From NCBI GenBank assembly GCA_963840855.1, contig CAWJBB010000084.1, forward strand, positions 13,020 through 77,019: a stretch of DNA of 64,000 nucleotides, given 5' to 3'. The translations under genes and the position numbers were made by a program. Positions within the stretch are counted from its first letter, which is position 1, and the number at the start of each line of letters is the position of its first letter. The notes under the pieces were generated by a model. That model was not told the origin of the DNA and did not search any database. It saw nothing but the letters and a program-made list of their open reading frames with translations. Positions 31,501 to 41,107 of this stretch are shown piece after piece. Origin of the DNA: an uncultured delta proteobacterium. GTDB taxonomy: Bacteria > Desulfobacterota > Binatia > UBA9968.

Positions 31501-33000
31501 ATGGCACATTCAGATCTCTACGGAAAAGTCGCGCCAGGTGAAATTTACCGTAAAGCCGGGGCGCGCTTGAAGGAAGACGCCGACCCATCGCAGATCGCGC
31601 ACAAGGTGGGAAGCGCTGAGAGAACCCAGCCTCTTCTGCACGTTTACCATATGTTCGACAAAGCGCATGTCGTTATGTTGATTGAGGAACGCTTGGTGCT
31701 AAACAACGACGGCAAGGCCATCCTCCGGGCATTCCGGGAGATGGAGGAAAAGGGCGGGGAGCGCCTGCGCGGCGAAGGCGGCCACGGCCTGTTTTCCGGC
31801 GAGGCCTACCTGATTGAAAAACTCGGCGAGGAAATCGGTGGCAAAATACATCTAGGCCGAAGCTCCGGGGACCTGAATTCAGTGTCGGCGCGCATTGGCA
31901 CGCGCGAGAAGCTGTTATCCGTGATGGAAGCCGTTTTGGAATGCCGCAGCGCTTATCTAATCCTCGCCGAACAGCATCTTGAAACGGTTCTGCCCACCTA
32001 CACCATGATGCAGCAGGCTCAGATCGGCACCTTCGCTCATTATCTGGTGGCCTGGGCGCTGCCGTTGGAGCGGGACTTTGAACGCCTTCTGGGCGCTTAC
32101 GACCGAACCAACGTCAGCTCCGCGGGCGCCGGTATCGGCACCGGTTCGGATTTTCCATTGAATCGTGCGCGCACCGCGGAATTGCTTGGGTTCGACGGCG
32201 TCTGCGACAACGTGCGCGACGCCAACGCCGGCCGCGATTTCGTCATTGAGTCGCTGAGCGCCATCGCCATTCTCATGTTGAACATCGCGTGGTCAACCGA
32301 CACGATCTATCTCTTTTGTTCCAACGAGTTCAGTTTCGTCGAAATCGCCGACCGCTATTGCGGTTCCAGTAGCATCATGCCGCAAAAGAAAAATCCCCAC
32401 TCCCTCATGGAAGTTGCCGAAACGGCCAGCCAGCTGAGCGGCGCCCTGAGCGCCATGATGACCAATGCGCGAAGCAGCTCGGGATCGATCAAATCCGCGC
32501 TGCAAAATTTCGACAAGACCAGTGCGGCGCTCAAGCTCTGGGCCGGTATCGTCTCCACTCTGACGGTGAACAAAAAAATCATGCGCCAACGCACGCTCGA
32601 TTTCTGGGCCCTCGCGACCGACCTCGCCGGCGCCATCGTTCGCGAGCGCAATCTTCCCTGGCGCACGGCGCACCAGATCACCGCCATTCTTGTGCGCAAG
32701 GCTCTGGAACAAGGCAAAAAGCCGCTGGATATCGATAGTGGGTTTTTGGATCAGGCGGCACGCGAATATATCGGCAAACCTATCGATCTTGGCAACTCGC
32801 GAATCCGTGAAGTCCTCGATCCTTTGCGCGCCGTTAAAGCGCGCACCTTGATCGGCGGCACAGCGCCGGTAGAAGTGAAACGGCAGATCGATAATTGTTT
32901 TGCTCGTTTGCGTAAAGACACAGAGACGCTGGCGCGGAAAAAACAGCAGTTGGACGACGCCGCGGCGCGGCTGGAGCGCGCCATCGACGCCATCGTTTAA
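31501..33000 (+). CDS. Argininosuccinate-lyase-fold C-N lyase, non-canonical active site
   Basis: GSSSIMPQKKNP signature; GRSSGD and YTMMQQAQ in place of ArgH GRSRND and YTHLQ. Confidence 0.85.
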   Translation: MAHSDLYGKVAPGEIYRKAGARLKEDADPSQIAHKVGSAERTQPLLHVYHMFDKAHVVMLIEERLVLNNDGKAILRAFREMEEKGGERLRGEGGHGLFSGEAYLIEKLGEEIGGKIHLGRSSGDLNSVSARIGTREKLLSVMEAVLECRSAYLILAEQHLETVLPTYTMMQQAQIGTFAHYLVAWALPLERDFERLLGAYDRTNVSSAGAGIGTGSDFPLNRARTAELLGFDGVCDNVRDANAGRDFVIESLSAIAILMLNIAWSTDTIYLFCSNEFSFVEIADRYCGSSSIMPQKKNPHSLMEVAETASQLSGALSAMMTNARSSSGSIKSALQNFDKTSAALKLWAGIVSTLTVNKKIMRQRTLDFWALATDLAGAIVRERNLPWRTAHQITAILVRKALEQGKKPLDIDSGFLDQAAREYIGKPIDLGNSRIREVLDPLRAVKARTLIGGTAPVEVKRQIDNCFARLRKDTETLARKKQQLDDAAARLERAIDAIV

Positions 33001-33021
33001 AGGCCAAAACGGAGGAACGGC

Positions 33022-34062
33022 ATGAAACGCGTGACCGGATTCCTGGCAATAACTTTTCTGCTTGCAGTCGTCATTCATGGACCCGGCAGCGCCGCTGCGG
33101 CGGCCCAGGAGCTCAAGCGCGAGGCGATCATCGAAGGGGCAAAGAAAGAAGGCAAGGTGCAAATTTACGGCCTGCTGGCTGTCCCCGAACATATGCAGAT
33201 CATTGAGCGTTTCAAGGAAAAATACCCGTTCATTGAACCGTCGCTGTACCGCGCCACCAGCGAGCGGCTTTACACCCGCATCGAGAACGAGGCGCGTGCC
33301 AATGCCCATCTGGTGGATGTGATCGGCGTCAGCGGCTTTCAGTACTACCAACTTCTCAAGCGCGGGTTGATAGGCAAATACGAATCCCCGGAAAGACGCT
33401 CTTTCGATCCGGCGTTCAAAGACAAGGACGGGCGTTGGACAGCCTACTACGTCAACCCGATGGTCACCGCTTACAACACGCGCCAGTTGACTCCCCAAGA
33501 GGCGCCCAAGGATTACGGTGACTTGATCGACCCAAAGTGGAAGGGCAAGCTCGTCATGGAAGACGAGGAAATCGAATGGTTCTCGACCATGATGACTTTC
33601 TGGGGCGAAGAAAAAGGGTTGTCCTATATGCAGCGACTGGCGGCGCAGAACTTCACCATCCGCCATGGTCACACGCTGATGACGCAACTCGTCGCCGCCG
33701 GCGAATATCCCGCGGCGGTGATCGTCTATGGCCCACAGACCCAAATGACCCGGAACGCTGGCGCCCCCATCGATTGGTACGCGCTCAACCCCACGGTCTC
33801 CGGCACCAACTTGATGGGCATCGCGGCGCGGGCGCCCCATCCCCACGCGGCAATGCTTTACATCGACCATATGCTTTCCGAGGAGATCCAAAAAGATTAT
33901 CTTTCCGCCAAGTTCTTTAAAGTATCGGCGCGCCAAGGCATTCACAGTACGGTTATGCAAAAACTGAGTAAGGTCAAAGTGATTCCGGTTGACATCACGC
34001 AGTCGGAACATTTCGAGAAGAACCGCAAGAGGTTTCGCGAGATATTTCTCGGTGGCCGCTAG
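33022..34062 (+). CDS. ABC-type extracellular solute-binding protein (Fe3+/AfuA-like)
   Basis: Signal peptide, GAKKEGKV, AYNT, DLIDPKWKGK, APHPHAAML. Confidence 0.88.
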   Translation: MKRVTGFLAITFLLAVVIHGPGSAAAAAQELKREAIIEGAKKEGKVQIYGLLAVPEHMQIIERFKEKYPFIEPSLYRATSERLYTRIENEARANAHLVDVIGVSGFQYYQLLKRGLIGKYESPERRSFDPAFKDKDGRWTAYYVNPMVTAYNTRQLTPQEAPKDYGDLIDPKWKGKLVMEDEEIEWFSTMMTFWGEEKGLSYMQRLAAQNFTIRHGHTLMTQLVAAGEYPAAVIVYGPQTQMTRNAGAPIDWYALNPTVSGTNLMGIAARAPHPHAAMLYIDHMLSEEIQKDYLSAKFFKVSARQGIHSTVMQKLSKVKVIPVDITQSEHFEKNRKRFREIFLGGR

Positions 34063-34084
34063 GGGCGGATGCGACTGCGCCGTA

Positions 34085-34216
34085 GTTCAAAGTTCAACGT
34101 TTAAGGTTCAAAGTTGGGGATTTCACCCATGCAGTTCACAAACGGATACGTTGAACATTGAGGACTAAGTATCGACTTCATCGTATTAAACGATTTGAAC
34201 CATTGCGGCCGTTCAA
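34085..34216. repeat. Heptamer array GTTCAAN x4 with downstream TTGAAC units
   Basis: gttcaaa gttcaac gtttaag gttcaaa ... gttgaacattga ... gatttgaacc...gttcaa. Confidence 0.7.
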
Positions 34217-34286
34217 TCCAGTGCGCAATCTACCATCAACGAAGAACTTTCGTGCGAGCAGAATTATTATCTAGGAGGAAAAATTC

Positions 34287-35771
34287 GTGGCAACTTTGAA
34301 AGAACATGAAACCGATGTCTTAGTGATCGGCGCGGGCAACGCGGCGCTGGTAGCGGCCGAGACCGCTTACGATGCCGGACTCAAGGTCACCGTGTTGGAG
34401 CGCGCGCCCAAGGAGCGGCGCGGCGGCAACTCGGCATTTTCCGGCGGGCTATTCCGGTTTGCTTTCAAGGATTTCGAGCATGTCAAAGAAATCATCAAAG
34501 ACAGCCCCGGCATCGATTTCAAGGACGTCGACGTGGAACCTTATCCCACCGATATGTTCTACGGCGATCTCATGCGCGTCACCGAAGGTCTCGCCGACCC
34601 GGCGCTCTCGGAAATGCTGGTGACAAGATCGGAGGAAGTCGTCACCTGGATGGCCAAACATGGCATCGACTGGGAACTGCACATGAGCCATGTCGCCAGG
34701 GTTAAAGGCAAATATATTTGGCGCTCGGGTACGATCCCGGTGTCGGCCCGCGGTGGCGGCGCCGGCCTGCAGCAAATGCATTTCAAACATGTGGAAAGCC
34801 GCGCTATCGAAGTACTGTACGGTGCCCGCGCGCTAGAATTTTCCCAGGATCAAAGCGGCGCGGTGGATGGCGCGCTTGTCTCCACCCCCGGCGGCAAACA
34901 GACCATCAAGAGCAAGGCCGTGGTTCTCGCCTGCGGCGGCTTCGAGTCTAATCCGGAAATGCGCGCGCGCTACTTGGGAGAGAATTGGGACCTCGTCAAG
35001 GTCCGCGGCACCCGCTACAACACCGGCGACGGCATCAGGATGGCGACCGATATCGGCGCCAGCCCCTTCGGCCACTGGAGCGGCTGCCACGCCTCGGTCA
35101 TCGACGGCGACAGCCCCAATGTCGAGGCGGCCACGGACGAAAGTACGCGCTATTCGTATCCCTACAGCATAATGGTGAACATGCTGGGCGAACGTTTCGT
35201 CGACGAAGGCGAAGATTTCCAGGTTTACACCTACGCCAAAACCGGCCGTCGCATACTAGCGCAACCCGGCCACATCGCGTTCCAGATTTTCGATCAGAAG
35301 ACCGTGCCGCTGCTGCGCAGCAACTACATGCGCAGCCGGCCCGTGGTTGCCAATTCGGTTGATGAGCTGGCGGCTGGCTTGGGCATCGAACCGGCCCGCC
35401 TGCGCCGCACGATTGACGGATTTAACAAAGCGGCGGCGCCGGTGGAATTCGATTTCTCCAAACGGGACGGCAAATGCACCACCGGTCTAAATCCCGATAA
35501 GTCGAACTGGGCGTCGCCCATCGACTCCCCACCCTACCATGCCTACGCCGTCGCTTGCGGCATCACCTTCACGTACGGCGGGGTGAAGATCGATCCGCAG
35601 TGCCGGGTGCTGACCGCGGATGACGAAGCGATACCGGGCCTGTGGGCGGCGGGTGAATTGACCGGCGGATTCTTCTACCATAATTATCCCAGCGGCTCCG
35701 GCCTCATGCGCGGCTCCATCACCGGCCATGTCGCGGCCGCGGAGGCGGCGAAGTATATCAAGGGACAATAA
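34287..35771 (+). CDS. FAD-dependent tricarballylate dehydrogenase TcuA-like flavoprotein
   Basis: DVLVIGAGNAAL, RGGNSAF, ACGGFESNPEMR, VRGTRYNTGDG, RFVDEG, GITFTYGG, NYPSGSGL. Confidence 0.88.
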   Translation: MATLKEHETDVLVIGAGNAALVAAETAYDAGLKVTVLERAPKERRGGNSAFSGGLFRFAFKDFEHVKEIIKDSPGIDFKDVDVEPYPTDMFYGDLMRVTEGLADPALSEMLVTRSEEVVTWMAKHGIDWELHMSHVARVKGKYIWRSGTIPVSARGGGAGLQQMHFKHVESRAIEVLYGARALEFSQDQSGAVDGALVSTPGGKQTIKSKAVVLACGGFESNPEMRARYLGENWDLVKVRGTRYNTGDGIRMATDIGASPFGHWSGCHASVIDGDSPNVEAATDESTRYSYPYSIMVNMLGERFVDEGEDFQVYTYAKTGRRILAQPGHIAFQIFDQKTVPLLRSNYMRSRPVVANSVDELAAGLGIEPARLRRTIDGFNKAAAPVEFDFSKRDGKCTTGLNPDKSNWASPIDSPPYHAYAVACGITFTYGGVKIDPQCRVLTADDEAIPGLWAAGELTGGFFYHNYPSGSGLMRGSITGHVAAAEAAKYIKGQ

Positions 35772-35787
35772 ACAAAGGCACTTCGGC

Positions 35788-35813
35788 GGGCGGGGTTCTG
35801 ACCCCGCCCTAAC
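35788..35813 (-). repeat. REP-like palindrome / possible bidirectional terminator
   Basis: Minus strand GTTA-GGGCGGGGT-CAGA-ACCCCGCCC between convergent genes. Confidence 0.55.
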
Positions 35814-35946
35814 ATCCTTGTCTTTTCATCCCATTCGCTCAGATAGCTTAAAGACTTATCAAGCAATGCTCCAGGCGGGTCTCAGTCTGATAGCGGAACG
35901 CTTCAATCTTGAACATTGACCCGGAACTTGGAACAGCGCTTCGCGC

Positions 35947-36348
35947 TTACCAATGCTTCTCGACAACGCCAATGCATAACTCCAGCGCCCGTTCTGCATC
36001 CTGCGTGTTGCCGGCGCCACCGGTGTCATCCAATTGAACCCGCGCAAGATGCAGCTTTTGCAAACGCACCGCGTCCAACCGCGTTACCAGCTCTTTCTCA
36101 ATCGCCCGGTTGAGTAGTTCGGGCAATCCCCACGAAGACCAGGGGCGAAGCCCTAACCTGATCTTCAACCAATCTTCCATGCCTTGCTCGCACAGCACCA
36201 AGACGTCGAGGACTCTGAGATTGCCCGTCAACCATCCCGTGAGCGCGCGACTGAAAGTTCTGATTGCCAGGCCCTCGGGTGAATGATGACCTTTTAGTTT
36301 CTCTTTCTCAGCCAGATTCGCGAAGATTTCTCGAAGGTCAAACGCCAT
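35947..36348 (-). CDS. Hypothetical helical protein, possibly HEPN-like
   Basis: 133-aa ORF with LCEQGMEDWLK...LPELLNRA...LQKLHLAR...DAERAL helix pattern. Confidence 0.6.
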   Translation of the reverse strand: MAFDLREIFANLAEKEKLKGHHSPEGLAIRTFSRALTGWLTGNLRVLDVLVLCEQGMEDWLKIRLGLRPWSSWGLPELLNRAIEKELVTRLDAVRLQKLHLARVQLDDTGGAGNTQDAERALELCIGVVEKHW

Positions 36349-36494
36349 GGCAACCATAATTCCATCGATGTCGCTTTGTTATAGCATGATTCACTGTGAC
36401 GCCGTAGCTTTCGGATTCATCTTGTCCATGAATTTCTTTGCGTTCTGTGTGTTCTTTGTGGTTAAATCCGTCCAAACATTTTGGAGGGGACGAC

Positions 36495-37457
36495 ATGGAA
36501 CCACTGCCCAAGGGAGCAAACTTTCAGCGCGCGTTGATGCTTTGGGAAATCGGCCTGCAGATCGCCGGCAACCCTCTGACCCCTTATTACGGACCGCGCG
36601 ACATATGCATCGCCGTGGGCAGCGGGTCCAACGAAACTTTCAAACCGTGGCTGCGCATGTCCACCGGCTCGCCGATTCTCGCCCACGCGGTCTGCCGCGA
36701 CGAGTTGGAAGCGGCGATAATCAATCCGTCCGGATTGCTCACACAGGCTTATCGGGGTTCGGGCTTGTTTTCCGTGGCCCTCCCCGTGCGGATTCTCGCC
36801 ACCTATCCTTCGTTAGACCATTTTGTATACGCCATTCACCCGCGCACGGGGCTGAAATCGCTAGCCGAGATCAAAGAAAAAAAGTTTCCGCTCCGGCTTT
36901 CCATTCGCGAGGATGCGACTCACTCGACCCGCGTGTTGCTGGATCAAACCCTCGCGGCCTATGGTATGACGCTCAAAGACCTCGAATCTTGGGGCGGGAG
37001 CCTTCAGTTGAACGGCGGTCCCGGCGATGCGCGGCGCATGAAAGCGATCGCGGACGGCACGGTCGACGCGGTCTTCGACGAAGGTTTGGTTCTCTGGCTG
37101 AACGCGGCCCTCGACTCGGGGATGCAGCCGGTGACGCTCGAAGACTCGACGTTCAAGCATTTGACAGACCTCGGCTGGCGCAAATACACCATCAAACCCG
37201 GCCGTTATAAAAGTCTCAAACAAGAGCACACCTGCATCGACTACAGCGGCTGGCCGCTCTACACCCGCGCCTCATTGCCGGATGACGACGCCTACAAAAT
37301 CTGCGACGCCATCATGGCGCGCAAGGATCTAATCTATTGGGAAGACTCCTACACCGGAGTCGGCCAGTTAGGAGAGGAGACCGATGCCACGCCGCGCGAC
37401 GTGCCACTGCATCCTGGAGCGGAGAAGTGGTACCGCGAGCATGGCTTAAGGGTGTAA
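36495..37457 (+). CDS. TAXI-family (TRAP) substrate-binding-fold protein without a signal peptide
   Basis: ATG after GGAGGGG; GLKSLAEIK, ASLPDDDAYKI, VPLHPGAEKWYRE TAXI C-terminal motif. Confidence 0.8.
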   Translation: MEPLPKGANFQRALMLWEIGLQIAGNPLTPYYGPRDICIAVGSGSNETFKPWLRMSTGSPILAHAVCRDELEAAIINPSGLLTQAYRGSGLFSVALPVRILATYPSLDHFVYAIHPRTGLKSLAEIKEKKFPLRLSIREDATHSTRVLLDQTLAAYGMTLKDLESWGGSLQLNGGPGDARRMKAIADGTVDAVFDEGLVLWLNAALDSGMQPVTLEDSTFKHLTDLGWRKYTIKPGRYKSLKQEHTCIDYSGWPLYTRASLPDDDAYKICDAIMARKDLIYWEDSYTGVGQLGEETDATPRDVPLHPGAEKWYREHGLRV

Positions 37458-37529
37458 CGACGACGGCTCCATCGGAGATTTTCGGGTCAGCAAGTTCTTT
37501 GCCCATGCCTGGCACTCGACTGATAAGAA

Positions 37530-37741
37530 CCGTTTTCGATCGCGGCACCGTCCCCATCAAATGCCGGCTCAACCCCGATCTCCGGCCCGGCGTCATCGTG
37601 ATCCCGGAAGGCTCCTGGGTCAAAGACTTTCCCCAAGGAGACCCTTACAGCCTGACCCACGAGCTGGTCAGCCCAACGTCAGAAAATTACGCCTTCTTTG
37701 ACACGCTCGCGGAAGTTGAACCCGACCACACGGAAACCTGA
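37530..37741 (+). pseudogene. Orphan C-terminal fragment of a molybdopterin dinucleotide-binding domain
   Basis: DRGTVPIKCRLNPDLRPGVIVIPEGSW...YSLT...AFFDTLAEVE with no upstream catalytic domain. Confidence 0.65.
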
Positions 37742-37758
37742 AACTAGGAAGAATTGCC

Positions 37759-38865
37759 ATGAAGCTACTTTCTGCGACGTTCATCGCAGTTTTACTTTTG
37801 CAGGGCGCGCCCGCGCTCGGCGCCGCTCAGCCAAAACCGGGCTGGGAAGAGGAATGGAAACGGACGCTAGAAGGAGCCAAAAAGGAAAACACCGTGGTGG
37901 TTGCCGGTTCTCCCGATCCGGTTATGCGCAATGAGATCATCCCAAAATTCACGGCGCGTTTTGGCATTTCCGTCCAGTACATTGCCGGCGGAGCGAACCA
38001 GATCGTTGCCCGCCTGAGCACGGAACGAAATACCAGACTCTATTCGACGGACATCTTCATGGTAGGCATGAATACCGCTGCTAACGTGCTCTATCCCAAC
38101 AAGATGCTCGATCCCTTGCGGCCTGGGTTCATTTTGCCGGATGTGGTTGACCCATCTAAATGGCGCAAGGGAAAACTATGGTTTCAGGACCCCGAAGAAA
38201 GCTATGTGCTGCGCGCTTTCAGCAGCATTGCCAGCCTTTTTTTCATCAACGGCGATCACGTCAGGGCGGCGGAGCTTCGGGGTTCGAAGGATCTTTTGAA
38301 TCCCAAATGGCGAGGAAAACTCTCGGCCGAGGATCCACTCCTGGGCGGCGGCGGAGCCAACAAGGCCGCCAGGCTCTATGCCGCGTTGGGCGAGGATTTC
38401 GTCAAAAGATTGTACAAAGAGCAAAAACCGGCGCTATCCCGCGAGCGCAGACAGCTAGCGGATTGGCTCGCCCGCGGTACTTATCCGATTTGCCTTGACT
38501 GTCGCGCCGATGACCTCAAAGCGCTTAAGAAAGAGGGTTTCAATTTTTTAGAATTTTTCGAATTGACGGATATACCCGGCACCTTGACGAGCGCGCCCTG
38601 GCTGCTCACCTTGCTAAACCAAGCCCCTCATCCTCATGCGGCGCGTGTTTTCGCCAACTGGATTGTTTCGAAAGAGGCCCTGGAAATCTATTCGCGCGGG
38701 TTTGGTTACGCGACGCTGCGCAACGATGCGGATGAATCCTTCTTGCCCCCTGAAACCATCCCGCGGCCAGAAGTCAAATACTTCGACGATGCCGATTGGC
38801 AATGGGCCGTTAGTGGCAGGGTCGAGGCCAGGAAGCGGATCGAAGCCATTCTCAAGGCACCTTGA
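37759..38865 (+). CDS. ABC-type extracellular solute-binding protein
   Basis: Signal peptide, EWKRTLEGAKKE, DLLNPKWRGK, APHPHAARVFANW. Confidence 0.88.
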   Translation: MKLLSATFIAVLLLQGAPALGAAQPKPGWEEEWKRTLEGAKKENTVVVAGSPDPVMRNEIIPKFTARFGISVQYIAGGANQIVARLSTERNTRLYSTDIFMVGMNTAANVLYPNKMLDPLRPGFILPDVVDPSKWRKGKLWFQDPEESYVLRAFSSIASLFFINGDHVRAAELRGSKDLLNPKWRGKLSAEDPLLGGGGANKAARLYAALGEDFVKRLYKEQKPALSRERRQLADWLARGTYPICLDCRADDLKALKKEGFNFLEFFELTDIPGTLTSAPWLLTLLNQAPHPHAARVFANWIVSKEALEIYSRGFGYATLRNDADESFLPPETIPRPEVKYFDDADWQWAVSGRVEARKRIEAILKAP

Positions 38866-38906
38866 CGCGGGAGAGAATCACGCCACGATAAAAACCATAT
38901 GGATTT

Positions 38907-39639
38907 ATGAAAGGCTACAGACGGCGCGCGCTTTTTATCGCTGGCTTTTCCTGCTGTGTTCCGGAGCGTTCTCCGAGCAAGCCGCGGACCTTTTGCTGGC
39001 GAAGTTAAAGGTTCTTTAGCGATGCCGATGGCTACCGCGTCGCGCCGTTCACCTACGCGTTGGTGATCGGTTACAACCATCGAGCCGTGCCGAAGGGACA
39101 ACAACCCAGATCTTACGAAGAACTTTTGCACCAAATGGAAGGGTCAAATCGGACTCGAAGCGGCCGGTTACGAGTGGCTGGCCGCCATAATCGACACCAT
39201 GGGCGAGGACAGGGCGCTTGCCTTTGCGCGTAGGCTGGCAACCCAAGACTTGCGGGTTCAGCAGGGCAGCTCGTTACTCATACAGCAGATGAGCGCGGGG
39301 GAATTCAACGTGGTGATCGACGGATTGCACTACCAGATTGAAAATCAAAAGCAGCTCGGCGCGCCGATAGTACGTATTCCCGACCCGCTGCTGATCAAGG
39401 ATCCCAGCGGCCTCGGGTCGCAAAGTATGCCCCTCATCCCCACGCCGCCGTGCTCTTTGCCGATTTCCTCTTGCCGGGAAGCCCAGGAAATCTTGGCACG
39501 ACAGAACCGCCTGCCGGCAGCAAAGACATGGAATGGCGCCTGGCGCAAAAAATGCCGGACCGAATGCATATTTATCCGTCGACAAATGGGCCCGCGGTTA
39601 CACTGAGCTCATCAGTAGGTTCATAAAATCTTCCGTTAG
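38907..39639 (+). pseudogene. Degraded solute-binding protein (internal deletion, several frameshifts)
   Basis: Fragments: signal-like start; VIGYN...PRSYEELL; KWKGQIGLE...YEWLAAIIDTMGEDRALAFARRLA; APHPHAA-like in a shifted frame. Confidence 0.7.
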
Positions 39640-39676
39640 CTAGAAGACCCATGATTCCGTTCAGTATCCTCTGCTA

Positions 39677-40743
39677 CTAGAAAGGTCGCTTGCTTCGGGA
39701 GGGAGTTACTACTGGAGTCGATTTATATAATCGATCAATAAATCTCGAGCTGTCCAATTCTCTGAGAAAGGTTGAGTTTATGCTGCTCCGGCCGCGCCGA
39801 CTGGGCCTGAGGGTATTTGACCGACAATTCCTGAAGCATGACCTGGATGCCGCGAAGGGTTGGATATGGCTTCTCTGGAATGAGAGCCAGCCCTATACCC
39901 TCGTAGGTCTCGAGGATGGCGTCGGGGTCGTTGATCTTGAGACGCTTTTGCAGAAGCGCTAGAGCTTCATCGCGATGGCTCTTGTAGTAGTGAATACCCT
40001 CCACGTACGAAACTAAGACCTTCCTTACCAGATCGGGACGCAACTTGACCATCGATTGCGTGGCTGCCAGCACCGTCGCCTGGTATTCAAGTCCCAGCGA
40101 TTGCAAGTCGGTCAGAACCGGGAAGCCATTTCCTTTGCCTTTAACGTAAGCGGCACTTCCAGCATTACCCCTTGAATTTTACCGCTTTTGAGGGCCGAAA
40201 GCGATCCGGCTGGTTACCGATTTCAATGATCGCCACGTCCTTAGCGGGAACCAGACCATATCTGTCGAGCGCGTAGCGCGTGGCAAAATCTGAAGAGGAG
40301 CCAAATCGGCTAACGGCCACGGTCTTTCCCTTGAGTTGATCGGGTCGTTTGATTTCTTTGCCGACGATGAACTGGTAGTTCATCGTGTTGAGAAGCCCGG
40401 CAAGAATCGCAATCCCGGACCCCTGAAGGCTGCTTTCGACCACTGGCAGTCCGGAAACCTGACCGAATTGCACTTGCCCTGAGAGCAATGCTTGCACGCC
40501 CGTAGCGCCGCCTATGACGCTTACCAGTTCAACCTCCAACCCGTTCTTACGGAAAAACCCGCCCTCATAGGCTGCCCAACCCGGCGCCTGGTTGCCGGAT
40601 AATCCGGCGTACACGATTCTGATCCGTTCAAGCGGCTGTTCGGAAATTCTCTCAGCTGTGTAACCAAGAACGGGAAAAAATAGCGGTAGCAAAGCGATAA
40701 CCGCCAGTCCTCCACATCTGCGCACACAGTTCGGTTTAGCCAT
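39677..40743 (-). pseudogene. NitT/TauT (SsuA/THI5-like) substrate-binding protein with three frameshifts
   Basis: GFFRKNGLEVEL, LKGKTVAVSRFGSSSD; continues ALKSGKIQGVML, GFPVLTDLQSLGLEY, then INSTFLRELDSSRFIDRLY across small deletions near 40195, 40122 and 39781. Confidence 0.8.
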
Positions 40744-41107
40744 CTTGCCTCCCGATAGCTAATTCAAGCATCACCAAGAAGTTGAGTCACGATGTCGTTC
40801 CTTATTCTCCTGTACCAAGGCGCGGGTTCCAAGTCAAAATGAATTTCTTATCCCCCACCACTCGCTCATCTCAATGTTGTTCCGCCGTTCATGTTACGGT
40901 ATTTAACAATAATTCGAGGTTATAAAGACCGCGGGCGTGTCACAAAACGGACGCCCGAAGTGATGTCGGCGCGGACGGAATTGGTTCCGGTGGTCCGAAC
41001 CTATTCGGCATCGGACCTTCCCTATCCGCCCGCTAACGCGCGACTCTACGGTGCCGCTCTGGTAACATAGCCGGGTTATTTTGCATGGTTTTCGAGGCTG
41101 CATCACA

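Noticed and set aside
31501-33000. Calling this gene argH
   Set aside because: Key ArgH motifs are altered and there is no arginine-operon context, so the symbol was withheld.
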